A DNA stretch of 64,000 bases from Thermoplasmata archaeon (GTDB lineage: Archaea; Thermoplasmatota; Thermoplasmata; UBA10834), in assembly GCA_041554135.1 (NCBI GenBank), contig JBFFML010000003.1, forward strand, positions 2,858 through 66,857. Reading direction: 5' to 3'. This document shows, piece after piece, positions 1 through 8,401 of the stretch. The translations under genes were made by a program, and so were the position numbers. Every line of letters starts with the position of its first letter. The stretch's first letter is position 1. The notes under the pieces are model-generated. The model was not told where the DNA came from and searched no databases. It saw only the letters and a list, made by a program, of their open reading frames with translations.

Positions 1-461
1 CTGATCCCCATTGCCTTCGCCTCGTCTTCGTTGGACGCGCCTATGTCTATGAACATCTTGTCCTGAGAGACCATCTTCTTCCGCTCGTCCGCCGACAGCA
101 GATGCGGAGGCTTGGCCGCGATGATTCCATTGACCAGGCCTTCTGATGTCCTGACCTTCACGCGCTGCCCAAGCAGCGCCTGATCAAACCAATCCCCCAA
201 TGGATTGAATGTGAGATACCCGAGTCTATTGATCGAGGAGATGATGAATCCTATCTCGTCGATATGTGCAGGAAGGAACACCACAGGCTTACGGGAACCT
301 CCCTTCTTTGAAAACAGCAAGGAGCCCATTTTGTCTTGGAAAATCTCATCCGAGTAGCTCCTCAAGTAGTCCCTGAGAATTACAGTCGGCTCCCTCTCGA
401 ATCCGGATGGCCCAAAGCTGTTCGACAGCTGCTCGAGAAATGCCGAGCTCTTGTCATTCAG
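1..461 (-). CDS. M42 family metallo-aminopeptidase, 5' part (runs off window edge)
   Basis: Manual translation: LNDKSSAFLEQLSNSFGPSGFEREP...PAHIDEIGFII...KMFIDIGASNEDEAKAMGI. Probable CTG start at 461 after SD-like GAGGGTGA. Confidence 0.85.
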   Translation of the reverse strand, partial: MNDKSSAFLEQLSNSFGPSGFEREPTVILRDYLRSYSDEIFQDKMGSLLFSKKGGSRKPVVFLPAHIDEIGFIISSINRLGYLTFNPLGDWFDQALLGQRVKVRTSEGLVNGIIAAKPPHLLSADERKKMVSQDKMFIDIGASNEDEAKAMGI

Positions 462-814
462 CTTATCACCCTCTTGCTAGCGTATATGCATGAGGCAAAT
501 CAAAGTTGTCATCTGAACTGAGATCGTGTCTGATCACGCGCGGATGAATGGTTCGACATTTCCCGCTCTCGGAGGTAAGGCGGTGCGGACTCCCAGAGCG
601 CGGGCCACTTCCAGCAGAGTATAGGGGAGATCCTTAGCGATTGCCTGAATGTGAGCCAGAGCCGTCGGCCCAGTGAGCTCACGGAGGGGTAGACTGCACC
701 TTATTCACATCTGATGTGCCGTGCCCCCCATTAGCACCGACGCTCAGGGGGATTGGAGGCCAACAGGCTTATGCATCGGATAGTGCACTATGCTACCCCT
801 CGGTGGGAGTTCAC

Positions 815-1309
815 ATGAAAGGTATAGTGGCGTTCGACAGCGTGCATGGCAGCACGAAGCAGGCAGCTGAGGCGATAGCCGAGCAGATGAGATCGGAGGG
901 GCACGAGGCACAGCTGGTATTCATCAGGGAGCAGCCCGAAGGAACTCTCGAGGGCGATCTGCTGTTCGTCGGCTCACCGACCAGAGGCGGCAAGATGACC
1001 AAGGCTACAGCGAGGTTCATCTCGTCTCTTGACTCAGCGTATTGGAGGAGCAGAGAGATCGTTACATTCGACACCCTTGGTCCGTTGTCAAAGGACCCAC
1101 AGAAGCGGAGGAAGATGTTGGAGGCCATCAAAGAACCGTCCAAGACAGCATCCTCGAGGATGAAGGATTTGTTCGCTGAGCGTGGCGTTCAGGTGTCAAA
1201 GGTTATGCACTTCGCCGTAGTGGGCATGTGGGGTCCGTTGGCCCCGGACGGTCCGGAGAGAGCTAGGACAGAAACACACAGCTACCTAGCAGAACTGCAC
1301 ACGAAGTAG
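815..1309 (+). CDS. Flavodoxin-like domain protein
   Basis: MKGIVAFDSVHGSTKQAAEAIA (FMN-binding loop) and VGSPTRGG; ATG at 815 after GGGAG. Confidence 0.8.
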   Translation: MKGIVAFDSVHGSTKQAAEAIAEQMRSEGHEAQLVFIREQPEGTLEGDLLFVGSPTRGGKMTKATARFISSLDSAYWRSREIVTFDTLGPLSKDPQKRRKMLEAIKEPSKTASSRMKDLFAERGVQVSKVMHFAVVGMWGPLAPDGPERARTETHSYLAELHTK

Positions 1310-1553
1310 AGTCAGGAACTCAGTCCAGGTAGTTCGGAGCGCGATCATCAAGTGGACGCTAGCAAGGCATTGTAGGTCTTAGGAGAGCCCACTGAGGGAT
1401 GTCAGTCCAGACTCTCTTCGAGTAGTGGCTCCTCATAACAGATTTCAATCGTTCAATCAGCACGGGCAGCCTATGGACTATTCTCAACGATTGGCCATGA
1501 TCTCCCGGGCTTATCTCAGCAAGAATGATAGGGATGAGGTGAGATTAGCGCTC

Positions 1554-2366
1554 GTGAGAAGACAGATCGGACGCTTGCCGACGGGTCTGGGGTCATCCGA
1601 AGCGGCCAAGATAGCGAAGAGGCTGGGGTCGATCTCAGGCGGCAGAGTGCTGGATGTCGGCACCGGTAAGGGGGGATTCATCGACATCCTGATGAGCACC
1701 CTGAAGGATTACGAGTCCATCATAGGAATAGACAGCTGCGCCTCGAACGACTCCGTAGAGGAGGTGAGGGAGGGCTGAGCGCATTTCAGAGGAAAGCCCG
1801 TCGAACTCCTCTGTATGGATGGAGAAAGCATGGGATTTGGAGCCGGCTCGTTCGACACAGTCTGCATATCGTACGCTCTGCATCACCTCGATGATGTGGA
1901 TGCTGTGCTGACCGAGATGAGGCGTGTACTCAGGCCGGACGGTCGTTTCATCATCCAAGAGCTTTACTGCGACGGCGACAAGACGGAGGCTCAGAAGGTG
2001 GACGAACTCGAGCACGAGTGGTGTGCCATGATTGACAATCTGCTGGGGTTCACCCACAACAAGGCTTACACGAAGCAGAGGATCATGGACATGGCGAAAG
2101 GCCTGAAGGATGTCGAGGTCTTCGACTCAGACCGCCCTATGGACTGTCTATTCTGTGAGAAGAACTGGTTGTGTGAGGACCCGAAGAACCAGGCGAAATT
2201 CCACGACTTGATAAGCAGGATTGACGAGACATACGCCAGGATGAAGGACTACCCGGACCCAGTGGTCAAGAGCCGAGTCAAGGAGAAGGGTGAGATGCTT
2301 AAACAGGCAATAGCCAGGTCGTGCTCCGCTGCATCGGCATATCTATTCATAATCGGCACAAGGTAA
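1554..2366 (+). pseudogene. Class I SAM-dependent methyltransferase interrupted by in-frame TGA at 1776-1778
   Basis: Motif I RVLDVGTGKG lies upstream and FDTVCISYALHHL...RVLRPDGRFII downstream of the stop, in the same reading frame (EVREG*AHFRGKPVELLCMDGES). Confidence 0.75.
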
Positions 2367-2376
2367 AGGCCGCGAG

Positions 2377-2601
2377 GGTAGGTGGAGAATCTGGCAGGCA
2401 TGCCTCGATATGGGTACGACCGTTGAATCAGTCTCCCTACTGCTTGGTCACTCCTCAACCAGGACCACAGAGAGTCACTACTGCAGGAAGAGAGAAGACT
2501 CTGCAATCAAGGAGGTTCTCGAGATTTTCGACCCCGAGAGATCCCGAGTTGCAGAAAAACCTTTGATTGAAAACGAAAAATATATGTCTGGCTACGCATA
2601 G
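2377..2601 (+). pseudogene. Tyrosine recombinase/integrase C-terminal remnant
   Basis: WQACLDMGTTVESVSLLLGHSSTRTTESHY matches the box II LLGH-x-S-x2-TT-x2/3-Y pattern; ends 3 bp from the tRNA 3' end. Confidence 0.75.
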
Positions 2602-2604
2602 GTG

Positions 2605-2676
2605 TGCGGCTGCCGGGATTCGAACCCGGGCTTAAAGCTTGGGAAGCTTCAGTCCTAACCGCTAGACTACAGCCGC
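2605..2676 (-). tRNA. tRNA-Gly(CCC)
   Basis: GCGGCTGTAGTCTAGCGGTTAGGACTGAAGCTTCCCAAGCTTTAAGCCCGGGTTCGAATCCCGGCAGCCGCA: cloverleaf, anticodon CCC, no intron. Confidence 0.95.
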
Positions 2677-2738
2677 ATTCGTGGGAAGAATGAGCAGATT
2701 CGATTTAAACATATCCGCAAGCCTCGACTGTGAGCGTC

Positions 2739-3407
2739 TCAGTTATGTGTGCCAGCCATGTCCAGAAACGAATAACCGCCATGACTCGCGGTTCTGCCCA
2801 TCGCGACCTTCACCGGGCTGCGGAACATCGGGCCGTCCGTCACGAAGGTGTGGTACTCGCCCCCCTCGCCTGAAATGTCGATCCCTAGAGCCTCAAGCTC
2901 CTCGATTGCGACGTTGTCGAGAGTCCTGCCTAGGAATCTGCGGTCCAAAACACCATCTTTCACAGATACTATCGTGGCTTTGAAGCCAGCGGATATGAAC
3001 TCGTCGAGGAGCGTCCGTCTATCCGAACGCCATAGCGGCAACACCGCCTCGACGCCCGCTTGTCGACAGACCCTCTCGACCCATTCTCTGTGCCCTTCGA
3101 TATCTATGTCGCCGAAGACGCCCGCGGAGAACCCCTCGTCCCGCAAAGTCCCGACGACGTCGAGAAAGTTGTCTTCATAATCGTCCCATGACGTGGCCCT
3201 TGTGATCGACCGAACGCCGAGGGCCGACGCCTGAGCGCCAAGCGCGCCCGTCGACAGGCCATGCGCTCTCGATCTTCTCCCGTCCTCCGCCAGCATTGTC
3301 ACAAGGACGGACGGCTTAGTCCCGTCGACTGCCGATCTGTGGAACGCGAGGCAGGAGTCCTTTCCCCCGCTCCATGAACAGAACCGCTTTTCCTCCGCAT
3401 GCGACAA
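2739..3407 (-). CDS. Diphthine-ammonia ligase family (Dph6/MJ0570-like) PP-loop ATPase
   Basis: SWSGGKDS PP-loop; GVFGDID; GEGGEYHTFVTDGPMF. Confidence 0.88.
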   Translation of the reverse strand: MSHAEEKRFCSWSGGKDSCLAFHRSAVDGTKPSVLVTMLAEDGRRSRAHGLSTGALGAQASALGVRSITRATSWDDYEDNFLDVVGTLRDEGFSAGVFGDIDIEGHREWVERVCRQAGVEAVLPLWRSDRRTLLDEFISAGFKATIVSVKDGVLDRRFLGRTLDNVAIEELEALGIDISGEGGEYHTFVTDGPMFRSPVKVAMGRTASHGGYSFLDMAGTHN

Positions 3408-3472
3408 GTCCGGTACCCCTTGGGTTAGAGCGGGAGGTACGCCTCCTCAGCCGATCATAGGAGACAATCGTC

Positions 3473-3727
3473 TCACTTGACGGTCTCGAGCTGGCTTATT
3501 ATGTTCCAGATCAGGGTCCTTCCGTGCAGCGGGATATTCGGGTCGTTCGCGAGCTCGTCGAGAATCATTATCGCGCTCGCACTTCTGATGTCCAAAGCTT
3601 CTTGATTCTGCTGGAGCCGCTCCTTAGCCTCTGTGGCGCCGCGCCTTATGTTCCTGGGAACAGACGTGTCCTCCGCCAGCTGATCGAGCACGTCCATGAT
3701 CTGCCTCAACCTCGTCTCCATATCCAT
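3473..3727 (-). CDS. UPF0147 family protein
   Basis: DTSVPRNIRR...LDELANDPNIPLHGRTLIWNIISQLE. Confidence 0.9.
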   Translation of the reverse strand: MDMETRLRQIMDVLDQLAEDTSVPRNIRRGATEAKERLQQNQEALDIRSASAIMILDELANDPNIPLHGRTLIWNIISQLETVK

Positions 3728-3771
3728 GACAATCAACCACCATTATCCTCACTCTTGAAATGCGGCCTCGA

Positions 3772-4122
3772 CTATTTTTCAGGGCTCTCCTCGTCTTCCT
3801 GCTCGCGCAACAGCTTCCCTCTCTCCTTGAACGTGGTGACGACCATGAATGTCCTGGTCTCCTTCACGCCGTTGATCTCGGCCACCTCGTCGACGATGAA
3901 CCTCTTCAACGCGGCGTAGCTCGGGAAACGCGCCTTGGCGATGATGTCGGTGTCTCCCGTGACGAGGAAGACGTCCTCGATGTTGTTGCTGTTCGCGATC
4001 TTCTCGGCTACCTCGTCCGACCCCTTCGTGTCTATCTTGAATGTCACAAGGGCAGTGACCTGGTCATCACCGTAATACGACGAGATGACCTCTTCATATT
4101 CCTTCTTGTCCTTCTCTTCCAT
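3772..4122 (-). CDS. Lrp/AsnC ligand-binding (RAM) domain protein, no HTH
   Basis: VFLVTGDTDIIAK...INGVKETRTFMVV. Confidence 0.85.
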   Translation of the reverse strand: MEEKDKKEYEEVISSYYGDDQVTALVTFKIDTKGSDEVAEKIANSNNIEDVFLVTGDTDIIAKARFPSYAALKRFIVDEVAEINGVKETRTFMVVTTFKERGKLLREQEDEESPEK

Positions 4123-4269
4123 GGGAACGCCCCCTGGTGTTCGGTCGTTGGCGCAGCGTTGGTTTTGGCTTTCGGCGGTCTCCCAAGTCCCATGGATGAA
4201 CAAGAGGGCTTACGTGAAAGACGGGGCGTGCGAAGCGGCGCCCGTTCCTTGTGCGAACTCAGACGCGAA

Positions 4270-4440
4270 TCAGAGCCGTGCCCCTTCGAACTCCTCTTGC
4301 AGGTCGATGATGACCTGTTCGAGTATCTCTTCGAGGCTCGTGCTTCGGTACTCGCGCATCCCGCCCAGATCGCTCTGGACTCTCGCCAGGTATGCGGCGC
4401 TGCTCTTCAGAAACTCCACGTTGCACAAGGGTTCTTCCAT
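4270..4440 (-). CDS. Small hypothetical protein (56 aa), absent from the ORF track
   Basis: MEEPLCNVEFLKSSAAYLARVQSDLGGMREYRSTSLEEILEQVIIDLQEEFEGARL*; strong SD GGGGTGA upstream; typical codon use. Confidence 0.7.
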   Translation of the reverse strand: MEEPLCNVEFLKSSAAYLARVQSDLGGMREYRSTSLEEILEQVIIDLQEEFEGARL

Positions 4441-4762
4441 TCGTGTTCACCCCATCGGCCCTGGGTACCCACCCTGGCCATGGTATGCACGAAGCCGCGC
4501 TATGCGTCCACAGTTATTTAGACCTTTCCCACGGGCCGCTGAGGGTCCAGACTATGGTCCTCGCCATGGTATGGACGCCTCACCGACGGGTGCGTGCCCG
4601 TGGCGTCGGGGCCCCGTCGCCATCGGAGAAGTATTATATACAAATCAGCCACTGCAAACTCTCCGATGAACTCGGCTTTGACGTTCGTTATAGCCATCAT
4701 TAGCTGATTCTAGCTTGTTCATTGCCGAGTTTTTGCCCGTCCTTCTTGATGGAGTCACGGAG

Positions 4763-7700
4763 ATGGCCAAGTACTATCGGGAACCTGCCGGGGAGACCTT
4801 CCCCATGCTCGAGGAGGAGATCCTCGGCTACTGGCGTAGCCGAGGCATACCGGGGAAAGCCGTCGAGCGTATGGCGGCAGGAGAGCCGCTGGTCTTCTGC
4901 GAAGGCCCTCCGACCCCCAAGAAGAGCCCGCATATGGGCGAGGCGCTTCCCAGAGCCGTCAAGGACGCGATCCTGCGATATCACGTCATGAACGGGAGGA
5001 GGATAGTCCCGTTCAAAGCCGGATGGGATTGCCACGGCCTGCCGGTCGAGATAGAGGTCGAGAGGGCACTCGGCATCGATTCGAAGGGCGAGATCGAGGC
5101 TTTCGGGGTCGGAGAATTCAACGACATGTGCCGGGAGAGGGTCGCGAGGTTCAGGACCGAGTGGGAGCAGATGAGCCGTCGCATAGGCTATTGGCTGAAC
5201 TACGACGACGCCTATGTCACCATGTCCAACGACTACATCGAGAGCGTATGGTGGGCCGCGAAGCAGCTGCACGGCAAAGGCCTCCTGAAGCGCGAGCGGC
5301 GCGTGGCGCCATACTGCTACCGATGCGGGACGACGCTGAGCAGCCACGAGGTCGCCCTGGGGTTCAGGGAGGTCGAGGACCGGACCGTCGTCGTGCGGTT
5401 CCGGGTCGACGACCTCGACGCGGACATGCTCTCGCACACGACGAGCCCGTGGACGCTGGTCGCCAACATGTTCCTTGCGGTGAGGAGGGATTGGGACTAC
5501 GTCCTCGTGGAGCACCAAGGTGAGAGGTTCGTCCTGTCGGCGGCACACGCGAAGGCGCTGATGCCAGAGGCGCGCGAGGTGCGGCGGTTCAAGGGCGAGA
5601 CGTTGGTGGGGCGGAAATACCGCCGACTGTTCGAATTCATGGAGGATCCCGGTGACGCATTCAAGATAGTCCATTCTACCGAAGTGCCCGAGACCGAAGG
5701 CACCGGTGTCGTGCAGATATCCCCCGCCTACGCGGCGGTCGACTATGGCATAGCCGCGGATGAGGGCTCCGACATATTCGACCCGGTAGACGACTCCGGG
5801 AGATTCTCGGAGCAGGTGCCAGAGCTTCAGGGCAAGACGGCAGGGGACTCCGACGCAGAGGTCATCCGGATGATAGAGTCGGCCGGCCGGCTGTTCAGCT
5901 GGGGCCTGATCCGGCATTCGTATCCGTTCTGCTGGAGGTGCGACACGCCTCTCATATACAAGCCGAAAGAGGTCTGGACCGTGGCCGCCGCGGGCGCGCG
6001 CGACCGCATGCAGGAGCTCAACGAGGAGGTCCGATGGACGCCTGAGTCGTTCATGTACGAGCGGTTCGGCAAGTTCGTCGCTGACGCCAAGGATTGGGTC
6101 GTGAGCCGCACCAGGTACTGGGGCACTCCACTGCCCGTCTGGCGTTGCCCGTCCGGGCACGAGACATGCGTGGGCAGCGTCGACGAATTGAGAAAGCATG
6201 CGGCAGACGCGTTGCCGGATGCGTTGGACCTGCATCGTCCCGGGATCGACGACATAGTGCTCACGTGTCCCGACTGCGGAGCCCATATGAGGCGGGAGGA
6301 GTTCGTGCTCGACTGCTGGTTCGACTCCGGCTGTGCGCCGTTCGCCCAGTACCACTACCCGTTCGACAACATCGGGGAGTTCGATGACCATCGCGCGGTC
6401 GACTTCATAAGCGAGTCGGTCGACCAGACGCGAGGCTGGTTCTACACACAGCACGTCCTCTCAACACTCATGTTCGACATTCCCGCCTTCAAGTCGGTGC
6501 TAGTCATGGGTCAGGTGTTCGACGAGACGGGCAGGAAGATGGGCGCCGGCGACAACGCCGTCGATCCGAACGAGGTGTTCTCCTCGGTCGGCGCCGACGC
6601 GTCGAGGCTCTATCTCATGAGCGCGCCCGTGTGGGAGGACGTGGAGTTCTCGATGGAGAACGTCCGTAAGACAATGGTCCGCACGTTGACCACCCTGGTC
6701 AACGTGTACGCCTATTTCGCCTCGAACTCCAACAGGCTGAGCTACCGGGGGGAACGGTTGCCAAGGAAGACCCACGACCTCGATGTGTGGATCCTGTCCA
6801 GGCTTAACACCACCATCGCGGAGTCCCGACGCGCCTTCGACGCGCTCGAGGTGCACAAGGCGGTCCGTGCGCTCACGGACCTCGTGGACGACCTCAGCAA
6901 CTGGTACCTCAGGCGGTCCCGAAGACGCTTCATACACGAAGGCGATCCGGAGGACCGGTTCTCGGCCTACAGCACGCTCTGCGAATGCCTCCTGACCATG
7001 TCGAAGCTCATGGCCCCAGTCACGCCCTTCTTGGCGGAGGGGTTGTACAAGAGCATGCGTGGCAAGGAGGACAGCGTGCATTTCGAGCGCTATCCGGAGG
7101 CCGATGTGAGCGCAATCAACACGCCCCTCGAGAGCCAGATGGCGCTGGTCCGAAGCGCGGTCGAGGCTGGCCGCCTGGCTCGGCAGAAGGCTGGGCTGAA
7201 ACTCAGACAGCCGCTCGAGGAGGTGGTCATCGCGGCCGGGGAGGACGGTGTCTGGGTGCTCAGAAGGTACGAGAGGACCATAGCAGACGAGCTGAACGTC
7301 AAGCGCGTTGAGTGCATCGAGTCCAGGGAGCCGATGATTGAGTATGTCCTGGCACCGAACCTGCGCTCCCTGGGGCCGCGGCTGAAGGAGGCCGCCTCCG
7401 AGGTTGCGAAGCTGATGGAGAAGATGGACGGGAGCGAGATGGCCCGCCACCTCTCCGCCACAGGCAGGGTCCGCCTCGGGGGGTTCGACATATTCGAGGA
7501 GGACGTGGTCGTCAGTGAGAAGGAGAAGGCTGGATACTCGCATGCCTGCGTCGGAGCCGTCCACGCCTATGTCTCCACCTCGCTCAGACCGCAGCTGAAG
7601 CTGGAAGGCCTCGCAAGGGAGGTGATCCGGCGGATACAGCACATGCGGAAGGATATGGCTTTGGGCTTCGGAGAGCCGATCGTGGTGGAGTATGCCGGCC

Positions 7701-7852
7701 ACCCCGACATCGAGAAGGCGATATCTGCATACGAGGACAGGATACTGAGGGAGACCCATTCGCGGGGGCTGACCAAGAAAGCGGCGGTGGAGTCTGCGAG
7801 GAAGTGGACGATCAACAAGATGCCATTCGAGGTGTCCGTCAGGAGAGTCTGA
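4763..7852 (+). CDS. ileS: Isoleucyl-tRNA synthetase type 2-like protein with degenerate catalytic motifs
   Basis: GWDCHGLPVE, SRTRYWGTPLPVW, DCWFDSG, DQTRGWFY, SNWYLRRSRRRF and C-terminal EGLAREVIRRIQ are present, but HIGH reads HMGE and KMSKS reads KMGAG. Confidence 0.85.
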   Translation: MAKYYREPAGETFPMLEEEILGYWRSRGIPGKAVERMAAGEPLVFCEGPPTPKKSPHMGEALPRAVKDAILRYHVMNGRRIVPFKAGWDCHGLPVEIEVERALGIDSKGEIEAFGVGEFNDMCRERVARFRTEWEQMSRRIGYWLNYDDAYVTMSNDYIESVWWAAKQLHGKGLLKRERRVAPYCYRCGTTLSSHEVALGFREVEDRTVVVRFRVDDLDADMLSHTTSPWTLVANMFLAVRRDWDYVLVEHQGERFVLSAAHAKALMPEAREVRRFKGETLVGRKYRRLFEFMEDPGDAFKIVHSTEVPETEGTGVVQISPAYAAVDYGIAADEGSDIFDPVDDSGRFSEQVPELQGKTAGDSDAEVIRMIESAGRLFSWGLIRHSYPFCWRCDTPLIYKPKEVWTVAAAGARDRMQELNEEVRWTPESFMYERFGKFVADAKDWVVSRTRYWGTPLPVWRCPSGHETCVGSVDELRKHAADALPDALDLHRPGIDDIVLTCPDCGAHMRREEFVLDCWFDSGCAPFAQYHYPFDNIGEFDDHRAVDFISESVDQTRGWFYTQHVLSTLMFDIPAFKSVLVMGQVFDETGRKMGAGDNAVDPNEVFSSVGADASRLYLMSAPVWEDVEFSMENVRKTMVRTLTTLVNVYAYFASNSNRLSYRGERLPRKTHDLDVWILSRLNTTIAESRRAFDALEVHKAVRALTDLVDDLSNWYLRRSRRRFIHEGDPEDRFSAYSTLCECLLTMSKLMAPVTPFLAEGLYKSMRGKEDSVHFERYPEADVSAINTPLESQMALVRSAVEAGRLARQKAGLKLRQPLEEVVIAAGEDGVWVLRRYERTIADELNVKRVECIESREPMIEYVLAPNLRSLGPRLKEAASEVAKLMEKMDGSEMARHLSATGRVRLGGFDIFEEDVVVSEKEKAGYSHACVGAVHAYVSTSLRPQLKLEGLAREVIRRIQHMRKDMALGFGEPIVVEYAGHPDIEKAISAYEDRILRETHSRGLTKKAAVESARKWTINKMPFEVSVRRV

Positions 7853-8315
7853 CCTTCGTCCTCCTCCCCCTCATCGTCGTGTCCTTCTCCATGTAGAAAG
7901 CGTCCATGCCTCTTCCGTAGTAGTCGACGATCAGAGATTTGATGCGGTATCCGTTTGACTCGTACATCCTCACGGCCACCTTGTTGTCGACGGAGGCCTC
8001 GAGGCCGAATCTCGTGACTCCCATCTCGCGCAACTCCTCCTCGCACGTCCCGAGCAGCTCGGACCCTATCCCGCGTCCCCGATGCTCAGGTAGGACGGCC
8101 ACAGAGGCGATCCTCCCTATGCCCTGCGCCCTCGAGAACAGGCACATGGCAGCGCCCACTATGGCATCGTCCTCGATTGCGACCAACGCGAAAGCGTGGT
8201 TCCTCGAGATCAGCGACCGTACGACCTGAGAGCTGAACCGTCCGTCCGCGAAGCACCGGTCCTCCGTCAACATGATGCCCGGCAAGTCCTCCAGCGACGC
8301 CCGCCTTATTCTCAC
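7839..8315 (-). CDS. RimI/Ard1-like GNAT N-acetyltransferase
   Basis: SVAVLPEHRGRGIGSELL, NKVAVRMYESNGY, YYGRGMDAFYM; start uncertain. Confidence 0.85.
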   Translation of the reverse strand: MRIRRASLEDLPGIMLTEDRCFADGRFSSQVVRSLISRNHAFALVAIEDDAIVGAAMCLFSRAQGIGRIASVAVLPEHRGRGIGSELLGTCEEELREMGVTRFGLEASVDNKVAVRMYESNGYRIKSLIVDYYGRGMDAFYMEKDTTMRGRRTKVRLS

Positions 8316-8401
8316 AGGGCACGGTAAGGCCGCTCCGCCGTTAAGTCGATTCCTCCCCACTCCGAAGGTCTTATATCCGGTCTTTGGCTACAGCATGTGG
8401 A

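Larger units (their letters stand above)
1..2604. mobile_element. Edge of a decayed genomic island integrated at tRNA-Gly
   Basis: Integrase remnant abuts the tRNA 3' end, GC is visibly lower than in the rest of the window, and the region holds accessory genes and a pseudogene. Confidence 0.55.
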
